From assembly GCF_001194135.2 (NCBI RefSeq), contig NC_068984.1, positions 16,946,664 to 16,997,271 on the forward strand: a stretch of 50,608 bases of DNA. The letters are read 5' to 3'. Under the pieces are notes generated by a model that was not told where the DNA came from, ran no database searches, and worked only from the letters and a program-made list of their open reading frames with translations. Positions 36,161 to 47,080 of this stretch are shown piece by piece. Positions within the stretch are counted from its first letter, which is position 1. Every line of letters begins with the position of its first letter. Position numbers and translations under genes: made by a program. This stretch comes from Octopus bimaculoides (Eukaryota).

Positions 36161-36339
36161 CTGAAATGATAAAGCTTAAATGTTAGTTTTGAAAGTTCCA
36201 CAAACGAGAGAAAAAAATCTTTTATTTAAAACTCTGAGGCTTATAACACCCTTGTCTCAGACCAATTATGATGGAACTGTGTCAGTGATCAGGTTGCAGA
36301 TAGTACAACAAAAATTTTGGCCCAGATAATTCTTTTATT

Positions 36340-37205
36340 GTTTTACTTGTTTCAGTCATTTGACTGCAGCCATGCTGGAGCACTGCCTTTAGTGGAACGA
36401 ATTGACCCTGGAATTTATTCTTTGTAAGCCTAGTACTTATTCTATCGGTCTTTTTTACTGAACCGCTACGTTATGGGGACGTAAAAACACCAAATTCGGT
36501 TGTTGACCAACGTTGGGGGTCAGACATAGACACACAAACATACATACATACTTATATATACGAGGGTGAGTCAAAAAGTAATGCAATTTTGTTTAGGACA
36601 GGTATAATTACCAACAGCTGGTCCTCCATGGATCACATCCCTACTTCTCAACATAGTCACCATTTCTCTCAATAGCAATGTTCCACTTTCGAATGAGAGC
36701 ATGTATCCCTGCTCCATAAAATTCTGTTGACTGTTCTTTGAGCCACTTCTTCACTACAGTTTTCACTTCCTCGTCACTCTCAAACCCTCTTTCATGGGGC
36801 TGAGGAGATGATAGTCCAGTAATGAGGAAGTGAAAACTGTAGTGAAGAAGTGGCTCAAAGAACAGTCAACAGAATTTTATGGGACAGGGATACATGCTCT
36901 CATTCAAAGGTGGAACATTGCTATTGAGAGAAACGGTGACTATGTTGAGAAGTAGGGATGTGATCCATGGAGGACCAGCTGTTGGTAATTATACCTGTCC
37001 TAAACAAAATTGCATTACTTTTTGACTCATCCTCACATATATATATATATGACAGGCTTCTTACAGTTTCCACCTATCAAATCCACACTTTGGTCAGCCC
37101 AAGGCTATAGTGGAAGACACTTGCCCAAGGTGCCACACAGTGGGACTGAACCAGGAACCATGTGGTTGGGAAGAGTTTGGTAGAGAAACTGTGTGGAAGC
37201 CTATC
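36340..37205 (-). mobile_element. Family A SINE carrying a nested mariner fold-back element
   Basis: SINE 3' part at 36340-36560 and head at 37040-37205, on either side of the insert. Confidence 0.75.
36561..37035. mobile_element. Mariner-derived palindromic (fold-back) element, ~475 bp
   Basis: Arms of ~218 bp (36561-36778 and 36818-37035) are near-perfect reverse complements with a ~39-bp spacer. Each arm is the TIR plus the transposase 3' end. Inserted at TA. Confidence 0.9.
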
Positions 37206-37686
37206 ACATGAGTGTGTACCCTCCCACCACCAGCTGACAACTGATATTGGTTTGTTTATGTTCCTGTATCTCAGCAGTTTGGCAAAACCAGACTTTAAAA
37301 AAATAAGTGCCAGGGTCAATTTAATAACACATAAAACTATTAAATTTCAAATTATTTTGGAACTGTGCCAAAGACCAGGTTACAGTCGTGTCTCCTGAAA
37401 TAATTCAATATTAATCTAAAATAATTCTAGGTGTTATTAAATGGCTAGAATGACTCTCAGATGTTGTTCCTTCAGTTCCCACACATGAAGTCAGATCAAG
37501 TTACTTGCTACACAACACTGAAATATAATATTTGTGATTTTTTTATAATGAAGAGATTGAAGACATATTTACTTTTTGTTGAAGTCGTGTCTTATTTATT
37601 AGAAAGTTTACTCTGCTTGATATTGTTTTTATAGAGAAAACATATGGATGGAATTAAAATCATAACTCTAAAACTTGAAATCTTAC

Positions 37687-37751
37687 CTATAAGTGTTGAA
37701 GTGAAGATAAATATAGAAAATGGGACAGCCTTATCTGATTCACCAACACAC
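37687..37751 (-). CDS. SLCO: SLCO/OATP coding exon (65 nt)
   Basis: ttccag|(K)CVGESDKAVPFSIFIFTSTLI(G)|gtaaga. Phases 2 and 1 link the neighbouring exons in frame. Confidence 0.88.
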
Positions 37752-37845
37752 CTGGAACAGAATATGATATTTAGAAAGTTATTGTTAGAAAAAGTTCTTT
37801 TTGAGTTATATATATATATATATCTATACTATATCTATCTATCTA

Positions 37846-37884
<39 letters not shown>

Positions 37885-38047
37885 GACTAGGGTGTTGGAA
37901 CTCCTACATTGCTAGAAATAAGAGCTAAAATGCTCTCATGCTGCAATCAAAGCACATAATTGTATACTTATATACTGACCTGTCAGTATATAAATATATT
38001 TAGTGACAATTATAATTTTCATTTTCGCTAACATATTGCTGTCTATA

Positions 38048-38083
<36 letters not shown>

Positions 38084-38311
38084 AGGAATAGCAGTCATGA
38101 GATGGAAAAGGTATCAAATTTCATAGTGCAAGAGCTGTGAGCGTGTATTCCATTACTGGCATTATGCTAAACAGACATTGAACTTACCTGCCTTTACAAG
38201 TATACTGTATAGAAAACCCCGCTGACATGGAAAAGGCAAGCATAAAAATAATGATGGAAATTATATATATCTGTGTGTGTGTGTGTGTGTGTGTGTGTGC
38301 ATAAACACACA

Positions 38312-38528
38312 TGAGGGGTTGCTGAGAAGTTCCTGGCTTTGGGTAAAAGAAAATGCAGGAGGATCAGTTAATTATGATTTTATTCAACATATTCCCATCT
38401 CAGATTCACACATTTATTGCAGTGGTCCTTCAGTTTTTCTAAACCCGCTAAAAGAACTCTGAAGGTTGGACTTCCAAACAGATCTTTCATGATACCCGTA
38501 CAGCCAGGTACTTTTCAGCACCCCCTTG
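38312..38528. mobile_element. Mariner-type MITE (~217 bp)
   Basis: TIRs tgaggggttgctgagaagttcctggct / agccaggtacttttcagcacccccttg, followed by TA. Confidence 0.75.
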
Positions 38529-39343
38529 TATGTATGTATATGTGTGCACGCACGTGTGTGTGTATTATGATATATATATATATATATATANNNNNNNNNN
38601 NNNNNNNNNNNNNNNNNNNNNNNNNNNNNNNNNNNNNNNNNNNNNNNNNNNNNNNNNNNNNNNNNNNNNNNNNNNNNNNNNNNNNNNNNNNNNNNNNNNN
38701 NNNNNNNNNNNNNNNNNNNNNNNNNNNNNNNNNNNNNNNNNNNNNNNNNNNNNNNNNNNNNNNNNNNNNNNNNNNNNNNNNNNNNNNNNNNNNNNNNNNN
38801 NNNNNNNNNNNNNNNNNNNNNNNNNNNNNNNNNNNNNNNNNNNNNNNNNNNNNNNNNNNNNNNNNNNNNNNNNNNNNNNNNNNNNNNNNNNNNNNNNNNN
38901 NNNNNNNNNNNNNNNNNNNNNNNNNNNNNNNNNNNNNNNNNNNNNNNNNNNNNNNNNNNNNNNNNNNNNNNNNNNNNNNNNNNNNNNNNNNNNNNNNNNN
39001 NNNNNNNNNNNNNNNNNNNNNNNNNNNNNNNNNNNNNNNNNNNNNNNNNNNNNNNNNNNNNNNNNNNNNNNNNNNNNNNNNNNNNNNNNNNNNNNNNNNN
39101 NNNNNNNNNNNNNNNNNNNNNNNNNNNNNNNNNNNNNNNNNNNNNNNNNNNNNNNNNNNNNNNNNNNNNNNNNNNNNNNNNNNNNNNNNNNNNNNNNNNN
39201 NNNNNNNNNNNNNNNNNNNNNNNNNNNNNNNNNNNNNNNNNNNNNNNNNNNNNNNNNNNNNNNNNNNNNNNNNNNNNNNNNNNNNNNNNNNNNNNNNNNN
39301 NNNNNNNNNNNNNNNNNNNNNNNNNNNNNNNNNNNNNNNNNNN

Positions 39344-39380
<37 letters not shown>

Positions 39381-39381
<1 letters not shown>

Positions 39382-39880
39382 TTGCTCAGAGTAAAAGGTA
39401 GACTGTATTATGCATGTGTGTGAAAAGCCATGCTACATGGCAGTGAAACATGGGCCATGACTGCTGAGGGTACGTGTAAGCTTGCAAGGAATGAAGCTAG
39501 TATGCTCTGCTGGATGTGTAATGTCAGTGTGCATACATGACAGTGTAAGCGCCCTGAGAGAAAAGTTGGACATNNNNNNNNNNGTGTAAGCGCCCTGAGA
39601 GAAAAGTTGGACATAAGAAGCATCAAATGTGATATGCAAAAGAGATGACTGTGCTGGTATGGTCATCTGTTGCATATGGATGAGGGCAGCCGTGTGAAAA
39701 AGTGTCACACCCTAGCAGTAGAGGGAACCTGTGGAAGAGGTAGGAAGACCTGGGATAAGGTGGTGAAGCACAACCTTCAAATATTCGGTATCACCAAGGC
39801 GATGACAAATGACCGAGACCTTTGGAAATATGGTGTGCTTGAGAAGACCCAGCAAGCCAAGTGGGACCGTAACAGTGGCC
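39381..39880 (+). mobile_element. RTE-clade LINE 3' coding fragment
   Basis: GRLYYACV..AMLHGSETWAMT...WYGHLLHMDEGSRVKKCHTLAVEGTCGRGRKTW...NDRDLWK, broken by stops and frameshifts. Confidence 0.85.
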
Positions 39881-40367
39881 TATGCCAGTGCTGTATAACC
39901 AACCCATTTAAGAGTACCCTTCAATCATTGGGCAACAAACTGTGCTTGCGAAGACATGTTGAGGCAAATGAAGTTGTTGTCGTGGCCGATGACAGTACCG
40001 CCTGATTGGTACCCATGCTGGTGGCATGTAAACAAGCACCATTCAAGTGCAGTTGATGCCAGTGCTGCTTGACTGGTCCCATGCTGGTGGCACGCAAAAA
40101 GCACCATTTGAATGTGATCATTGCCAGTNNNNNNNNNNCACTCTCAGAATGGATGGCATTAGGAAGGGCATCCAGCTGTAGAAACATTGCCAAATCAGAT
40201 TGAAGCCTGGTGCAGCCTTCCGGCTACCATCCAACCCATGCCAGCATGGAAGGCAGATGTTAAATGACAATGATGATAATATATATGTGCACCAGCACAC
40301 GGTGGTGCACCAGCATGACCGCAGCCACTTGGCTGAAACACATAAATAAATAAATAAATAAATATAT

Positions 40368-40745
40368 ATATCATCATCATCATCATCATCGTTTAACGTC
40401 CGCTTTCCATGCTANNNNNNNNNNNNNNNNNNNNNNNNNNNNNNNNNNNNNNNNNNNNNNNNNNNNNNNNNNNNNNNNNNNNNNNNNNNCTCAGAGAGTG
40501 TAGTGGGTGCTTTTACGTGTCACCCGCACGAAAACGGCCACGCTCGAAATGGTGTCTTTTATGTGCCACCCGCACAAGCCAGTCCAGGGGCACTGGCAAC
40601 GATCTCGCTCGAAAATCCTACAGGAGCCAGTCAGGCGGTACTGGCAACGGCCACGCTCAAAATGGTGCATCTCATGTGCCACCCGCACAAGAACCAGTCC
40701 AGGGGCACTGGCAACGATCTTACTTGGCTTGCCGGGTCTTCTCAC
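40368..40745 (-). mobile_element. Family B retroposon with an internal tandem repeat
   Basis: (CAT)n tail; repeated units gtgccacccgcacaag..ccagtccaggggcactggcaacgatc. Confidence 0.65.
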
Positions 40746-40759
40746 GCACAGCCCATTTC

Positions 40760-40795
<36 letters not shown>

Positions 40796-41514
40796 GCTAG
40801 TAATGCACAGAATTAACTGGAAAGTCTGACTCGTTTGATGGTTTAAATGTTAGCAATAAAGGAAATGTTGTAAATATAATTCCACCATCATATTTAGCTT
40901 GATGCAAACAGAATATCAGGAAAGTTAATATATACAGCAGCCAAAAACTCAGAAGTATATATTTACTTGTTTAACATTTAAAGTGCTAGGACGACATGCC
41001 CCAAACAACACACAATGACTGTGGTGAGAAGCATTACTAAATCATATGCAAAGAAAAATAATAAGTCAGTTTTAAAGGTGGTCACATGATTCTTAGGTAA
41101 TGCATTGACTTAGATGGTTTAATGGATTTTAAAATTCCAAGTGTGAACCATCCAAACCTGACATTTTTCTTTTTTCTCTTTTCTTTGGTCTAAAGAAAAA
41201 ACCTTGCGTCTTTTACTTTGGGAAGTTTTATTAGGACATCAACATTATCATCATCATTTAACATCCGTTTTCTATGCTGGCATTGATTGGATAGTTTAAT
41301 AGGATCTAGCAAGCTTGCAGGGCTGTGACAAACTTCAATGCCAGCCATTCCCAATACCAACCACTTTGTAGTGTGTACAGGTCCTTTTTGTTTAGTAAAA
41401 TACTTGGCTGTGGGTTTGTATCTCAAAAATAGTGGAGCTCAGCTTGAACAAACTACTGAACCCCATCTGGTACTTCATAGCTAGCAGTGGAGGAGGTAAG
41501 AAATAGAGAAATTA

Positions 41515-41810
41515 TAAGGCGGCGAGCTGGCAGAAACGTTAGCACGCCGGGCGAAATGCTTAGTTCTGAGTTCTGCTACGTTCTGAGTTCAAATTCCGCC
41601 GAGGTCAACTTTGCCTTTCATCCTTTCGGGGTCGATAAATTAAGTACCAGTTACGCACTTAATCTCTTTGTCTGTCCTTGTTTGTCCCCTNNNNNNNNNN
41701 TTTCATCCTTTCGGGGTCGATAAATTAAGTACCAGTTACGCACTTAATCTCTTTGTCTGTCCTTGTTTGTCCCCTCTATGTTTAGCCCCTTGTGGGCAAT
41801 AAAGAAATAA
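41515..41810 (+). mobile_element. tRNA-derived SINE, family C
   Basis: aaggcggcgagctggcagaaacgttagcacgccgggcgaaatgctt...gagttcaaattccgccgaggtc, (AAAT/AAAG) tail. Confidence 0.8.
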
Positions 41811-41896
41811 GAAATAGAGAAATTATGACTTGATAGTAAACTAACCAGATCCTGTCTAGTGTTTATCTGTCTGGAGAGCTCTAAACGTGGAGGAGT

Positions 41897-42290
41897 AATG
41901 GCCCAGTGGTTAGGGCAGTGGACTCGCGGTCGTAGGATCGCGGTTTCGATTTCCAGACCGAGCATTGTGAGNNNNNNNNNNGCATTGTGAGTGTTTATTG
42001 AGTGAAAACACCTAAAGCTCCACGAGGCTCTGGCAGGGGATGGTGGCTAACTCTGCTGAACTCTTTCACCACAACTTTCTCTCACTCTTTCTTTCTGTTT
42101 CTGTTATCCCTGCATTTCAAAGGGCCAGTCTTGTCACACTGTGTGTCATGCTGGATCTCCCCGAGAACTACGTTAAGGGTACACGTATCTGTGGAGTGCT
42201 CAGCCACTTGCACGTTAATTTCATGAGCAGGCTGTTCCGTTGATCGGATCAACTGGAACCCTCGTCGTCGTAACCGATGGAGCTCTGAAT
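41897..42290 (+). mobile_element. tRNA-derived SINE, family D
   Basis: Homologous to 33388-33775. Confidence 0.8.
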
Positions 42291-42397
42291 CACCAGAGCT
42301 CTGAACAAATTCTCTTCTCTGGTAATGAATAAATCGTTATGCATATTATAAACTGATATTTATTTAAATGATAAAAGAAGAACATGCAACAACTTAC

Positions 42398-42555
42398 TTT
42401 ATCAAAGCAGTGATAACTGAACTAAAACTAATGCAGCCGATAAAAGCTCTTATTGATAAGACAAGTGCAAGATAAATTCCTCCATAACACGTATTTGAAC
42501 ATATACCAGGTTTTGCCATTTGAGTTTTACCAACACATGAACAATTTGAAAACGT
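42398..42555 (-). CDS. SLCO: SLCO/OATP coding exon (158 nt)
   Basis: tgcag|TFSNCSCVGKTQMAKPGICSNTCYGGIYLALVLSIRAFIGCISFSSVITALI(K)|gtaagt. Contains the OATP NCSC and A..G.C motifs; phase 0 to 2. Confidence 0.9.
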
Positions 42556-42759
42556 CTGCAATAAAAATATCAATAAATAACATTGTAAACTCATAATTGT
42601 AAAATTAAATTTGTGATACTTGTAATTTAAAAGGTTTTACATTAAATTGTAATTTTTTTTTTTTACAGAATGAATGAGAAGCTAACTGGATAGGACTTGT
42701 AGAACAGCTACTGTATGTCCATAACATTAATTGTATGAGAAAATAGCAAGAAACTAAAC

Positions 42760-43300
42760 CAGTTGTTCTGAACCATTCTTTGCGTATGGACCCCTTTGAT
42801 TCCTATTTCACTAATTCGGACCCCCATAGCCATTTGATGTTTAGAAAAAAGCTGATTGCTTTTTCATAATTAAATATTATTAGGAATTGCATATAAAAAT
42901 ATTAAAACATTTTGTTTATTGTATAAGTATAACCAATTTGTATACTGTCAACTTAATGTGACAGTCCCAATAAGGGAATCATACTGCTGCTATTTAGCCC
43001 TAGGAAGCTGGACCGCTTCCTGTCGGCCTTGACACATTTCCTGTGTCCTTATGTTTATGAGGGGGAGACAAGCACCTCCACCCAGCCTAGCCTGCATTCA
43101 GGGATATGCTTCTGAGTCTTTGCTCATCATCAGCCTGAAGTAGCACAACCAGCTGGCTGAAGATGCCTGTCAGTCTCTCACAAACATATATATTTCTAGT
43201 GAAAACAACATTCACTGATTACAAAAATTAGAAAACGACAAACTCTTATGTGGACCCCACCCACTGAAGGTCATATGGACCCCCACCTGAGAACTGCTGA
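42760..43300. mobile_element. hAT-like MITE interrupted by a ~230-bp hammerhead-bearing insert (~42955-43185)
   Basis: Ends cagttgttctgaacc / cctgagaactgctg, with internal ggacccc motifs as in 28570-28740. Confidence 0.5.
43097..43139 (-). ncRNA. Degenerate minimal type-I hammerhead ribozyme motif
   Basis: TTCAGG-CTGATGA-TGAG(CAAAGA)CTCA-GAA-GCATAT-C-CCTGAA. Perfect 6-bp stem I and 4-bp stem II; A15.1 is replaced by G. Confidence 0.65.
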
Positions 43301-43799
43301 ACTAAACAAAAGATGTGATAGGTATTTTGATACAAACAAACAGCATAAATTATACTGGAATGTTAAAGAATATTTGAAGTATTTAGGAGAAGCAGAAATT
43401 TATCAGAAAGAATGATGTGATTTTTTCATGTAATAAAAATATTTATCAACAAATGCAGTCTATCACAAGAATATCATTAAAATAATGTGACTAATTGAAC
43501 CAAATGAGCTGCAAGGCATGTCATAACATGTAGAGTACCCCAAGGTTCCATACTAGGTCCTGTACTCATCTGTATGTACTTTCATTATCTTACATATTAC
43601 TTTAATGGTCTTGGTTTGAATCAGATGACTATTTAGCCTCTAAGCCATTACCCATCTCCTTAATTTATTGTTGATTTTCACATAAATTATTTCTAATTAA
43701 GAGTATGGTTTTAATTAATATGCAAAACTTTGATTCTGGTTATTAGTAAAATATCAATCCTATAAGAAAATAGTCATCAATTCGTTACTTAGCATCCAG

Positions 43800-43990
43800 G
43801 AAGGCAGTAAGCTGGCAGAGTTGTTAGAGCATCAGAAATACTGCTGTACAGCATTAGTTCTGGTCCTTCAGGCTCTGAGTTCAGATCCTATTGAAATCAA
43901 CTTTGCCTTTCTCTCCCTGAATAAAATACAACACTAGTCTAGTAATGCAGTTGATAGCATTGACCACTAGCCTTGAACCTAAATCAGAAA
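43800..43990 (+). mobile_element. SINE, family C, diverged
   Basis: aaggcagtaagctggcagagttgttag...ctgagttcagatcc...caactttgccttt. Confidence 0.6.
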
Positions 43991-44104
43991 CCATTAGCAC
44001 CCAGGGTAGCCTGCGTTAAATAAACTCATTACCAATGGTAGTCTATCCATGACCATTCCTTCATTTCTTTTTATAAACTGCTGGCATCAGTTGTTAGTTG
44101 TCGG

Positions 44105-44335
44105 AGCACTGCATCCTTCAAAACTTCCATGCTTCCTGAGATTCACCAACACTACAACCTGATTTTCTCCCCTCCATACACACGCAAGCATGTATCTGAC
44201 TCATACACTGTTCACTTTTCCAGACATTTGTACAATACTGCATATGCTTTATACGCACTTTTGACAAGTTGTAGTGCACCTGAGCACTGTATACAATAAT
44301 TTCATTATTATTTATTATTATTATTTTATGTTTGA
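44105..44335 (+). mobile_element. CR1/L2-like LINE 3' end
   Basis: Reverse complement of the 34410-34660 region, (ATT)n tail. Confidence 0.6.
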
Positions 44336-44488
44336 CTTTTGTTTTGCATTTGTACAAGTTGGATNNNNNNNNNNNNNNNNNNNNNNNNNNNNNNNNNNNN
44401 NNNNNNNNNNNNNNNNNNNNNNNNNNNNNNNNNNNNNNNNNNNNNNNNNNNNNNNNNNNNNNNNNNNNNNNNNNNNNNNNNNNNNNNN

Positions 44489-44700
44489 TTAAGAAACCAT
44501 AAGAAAATTATGTGTTTGCTTTAAAATTTGAGATCACATAGACAGTATTTTACGTAGGATATGGGCAGTTCCCATGAGCACTATCTTTTGAGCTTCAGCC
44601 ATTTTGGGGTTTCCTGGTATCTGAGCTAGGTAGTAATCAGCCCGTTTCGCTGTCATTCCCAGGGCACCTATGGCAATAGGTATTGTTTTAGTCTTCAGTC
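44489..44700 (-). mobile_element. 5'-truncated R4/Dong-like REL non-LTR retrotransposon, 3' end
   Basis: Minus strand 44698-44534 reads LKTKTIPIAIGALGMTAKRADYYLAQIPGNPKMAEAQKIVLMGTAHILRKILSM* (PI.IGALG / QK.VL.GTA.ILR motif). Abuts (TAT)n at 44701-44758. Confidence 0.75.
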
Positions 44701-44732
<32 letters not shown>

Positions 44733-45071
44733 TGTACTATTATTATTATTATTATTATATACTTTTAAGATCACATTAGCAAATGTCTCCTTCTTTTAAG
44801 TCTCTAAGGTATGACATGTAGGAGATTTAATTGCTGTTTCTAGCAGGTCATGCAACTATATAGTAACTCCCTCACTAGTCTGAGTAGCTTAGTTGTTGAT
44901 TGAATTGATAAATGCATGATCAAGTGGGTTAAATCACCTTCAAATATTATATAATTTAGTTACTTAAAACCTTATTCACGACAGTGCAGTTTTGATCTGT
45001 TGGACATTCAGAAAAGAGAAAACAAAGAAAACAAGAGAAAAGATTGAAAGCAAAGAAAACAGTATTATTAC

Positions 45072-45102
<31 letters not shown>

Positions 45103-45109
45103 AACATAC

Positions 45110-45281
45110 ATTAGTTTTGATATTGTGATATTGACATCCTGCATAGCATGGTGATTTGAATGACCTTCCATCTGCTCCACATACTGGTTCATAATCATAT
45201 TCATTACACTGTAGCTTGAGGGAACTGATTTGAAAACAGCTCAACTGGTTTAAATCTTGTTGAAAGGTAACTGGAGTAGGG
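45110..45281 (-). CDS. SLCO: SLCO/OATP coding exon, Kazal-like extracellular loop (172 nt)
   Basis: tcaatag|(S)PTPVTFQQDLNQLSCFQISSLKLQCNEYDYEPVCGADGRSFKSPCYAGCQYHNIKTN|gtatgt. PVCG.DG...SPC.AGC motif; phase 2 to 0. Not in the ORF track. Confidence 0.9.
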
Positions 45282-45729
45282 CTATTGAGAAGAAATAATA
45301 AAAAAACAACTTACTGTTTGACACTTTGAACAATATCAATAGTATTAACAAAAATATATTTGCAAAATATCATAATTTCATTGTCATCAGCTTACAAGGC
45401 TGTATTCATGAGTGATGAGGGGCAGGGGTCTCATGGAATGCTAGAATTGCAGGTGCTGGTAAAGTAATGTGCCACAAAAGGGGAACAGTTGGAAAAACCC
45501 CCCCCAAACTTGCTATTTTCAGTTCAGTTTGTGTGCCTGTCTTAACTTAAGGTCACAAATGTTGGGTATTGACTGAAAGGGTATGACTGCAAATAGAAGC
45601 AGCTGAAATGGAGTTCCTCTGAATAATCTCTGGAGTAATGTTAGTCAACAGGGTGCATAGCTTGAAGACCATGGAATCTTTCTAGGAAATTTGGCTACTA
45701 CTTCTGGCAGATTGAACAACCACTTATTG

Positions 45730-45767
<38 letters not shown>
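45730..45767. repeat. (CT)n microsatellite
   Basis: Perfect CT run. Confidence 0.9.
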
Positions 45768-45773
<6 letters not shown>

Positions 45774-46079
45774 ATCAAGTAATAAAAATACCATGCAATG
45801 GCTTACATCAGAGACAATCTAACATGTATCTATTTGATATAAATGTTGGTTGATTGATTTATTCAGTCACATTTTACATTGTACAGAGAGAGATAGAGAG
45901 AGAGTGGGGGGACATAGAGTAGAAGAGAGACACAGAGAGTTAACATAAGAGGTACAGAATGAGTCCACATACTTGGCTTGGTGGCAGGCAATGAGTAAGG
46001 GAACACACACACACTCATTTCATTATGTATAAGCACCAAGAAATTTAATGAAAGCCAAATTATAATTATTGTATGTATG

Positions 46080-47080
46080 CCATATTGTTTTCAAATTTTG
46101 GTACAAGGCCAGACATTTTTGGGGAGGGGTTAAGTTGATTGTATCGACCCCAGTGCTTAACTGGTACTTGTTTTGTCAATTCCAAAAGGATAAAAGACAA
46201 AGCCAACCTTTACAGAATTTTAACTCAGAATGCAAAGACGGACGAAATGCCACTCAGCATTTAGCCTGGTGTGCTAAAGGTTCTGCCAGCTCACTGCCTT
46301 TGTATGTATATCGTATTACCTGACATAATCCATGGCATGATCCAAGAATACTTCCACAGTTACCTATCATGTGACAAATAGCACTCAAGTTGTCAACATA
46401 TTTATCATCAAAGGTAATTTTAATAGTATTTAAATAAAAGATGTATTCTATGTAATAGGTTAATAGTTTTCTTTATTGCTTTGTTTAAATATTGTTAGGG
46501 CTTAATAATCAATGGAGGAAGAGCTTTGTCAATATTGATCTGATAATATCTAAGTCAGCTGTGGTTTGTAGATAGAATAAAGACTGAACAAACATATGAG
46601 ATAGACTATTGAACAAAGCTAGATAACACAAACAATCCTTTCTACTGTTGGCACAAGGCCTGAAATGTTGGGGGAGGGGACTAGTGGATTACATCAACCT
46701 CAGTGTTTCATTGGTGCTTAATTTGTCTACCCTGAAAGGATGAAAGGCAAAGTTGACCTTGGCTGAATTTGAACTCAGAACATAGTAGCAGACAAAATAC
46801 CACTAAGCATTTCACCTGGCATGCTAACAATTCACCGCCTTAGATAACACAAATGATCCTTTCTACTATAGGCACAAGGCCTGATATTTTTGGGGAGGGA
46901 ACCAGTCGATTACATCGACTCCAGTGCGTAACTGGTACTTAATTTATTGCCCCCCCCCCCAAAAAAAAGGACGAAAGGCATAGTTGACCCTGCATGGCAT
47001 TTGAACTAGGAACATGATGACAGAAAAATACTACTATGCATTTTGCTGGCATGCTAACGATTCTACCAGCTTGCCGCCTT
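46080..47080 (-). mobile_element. Three family C SINE copies (~46080-46310, 46650-46850, 46860-47080)
   Basis: Each reads ...caaggcctga..ttttggggagg...ctggtactt...gaaaggcaaagttgacc...gctaac..ttctgccagctc, the reverse complement of family C. Confidence 0.7.

Noticed and set aside
38417-39423. 325-aa and 297-aa ORFs
   Set aside because: They consist of an N gap flanked by (TA)n.
40490-40745. CRISPR-like repeat-spacer array
   Set aside because: The units are an internal tandem expansion of a family B retroposon with non-unique spacers, in a eukaryotic context with no cas genes.
45270-45272. Downstream AG (ctccag|ttacc) as the acceptor of the Kazal exon
   Set aside because: Out of phase with the phase-2 donor at 48861. 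The AG 11 nt upstream (exon start 45281) gives a continuous OATP frame.
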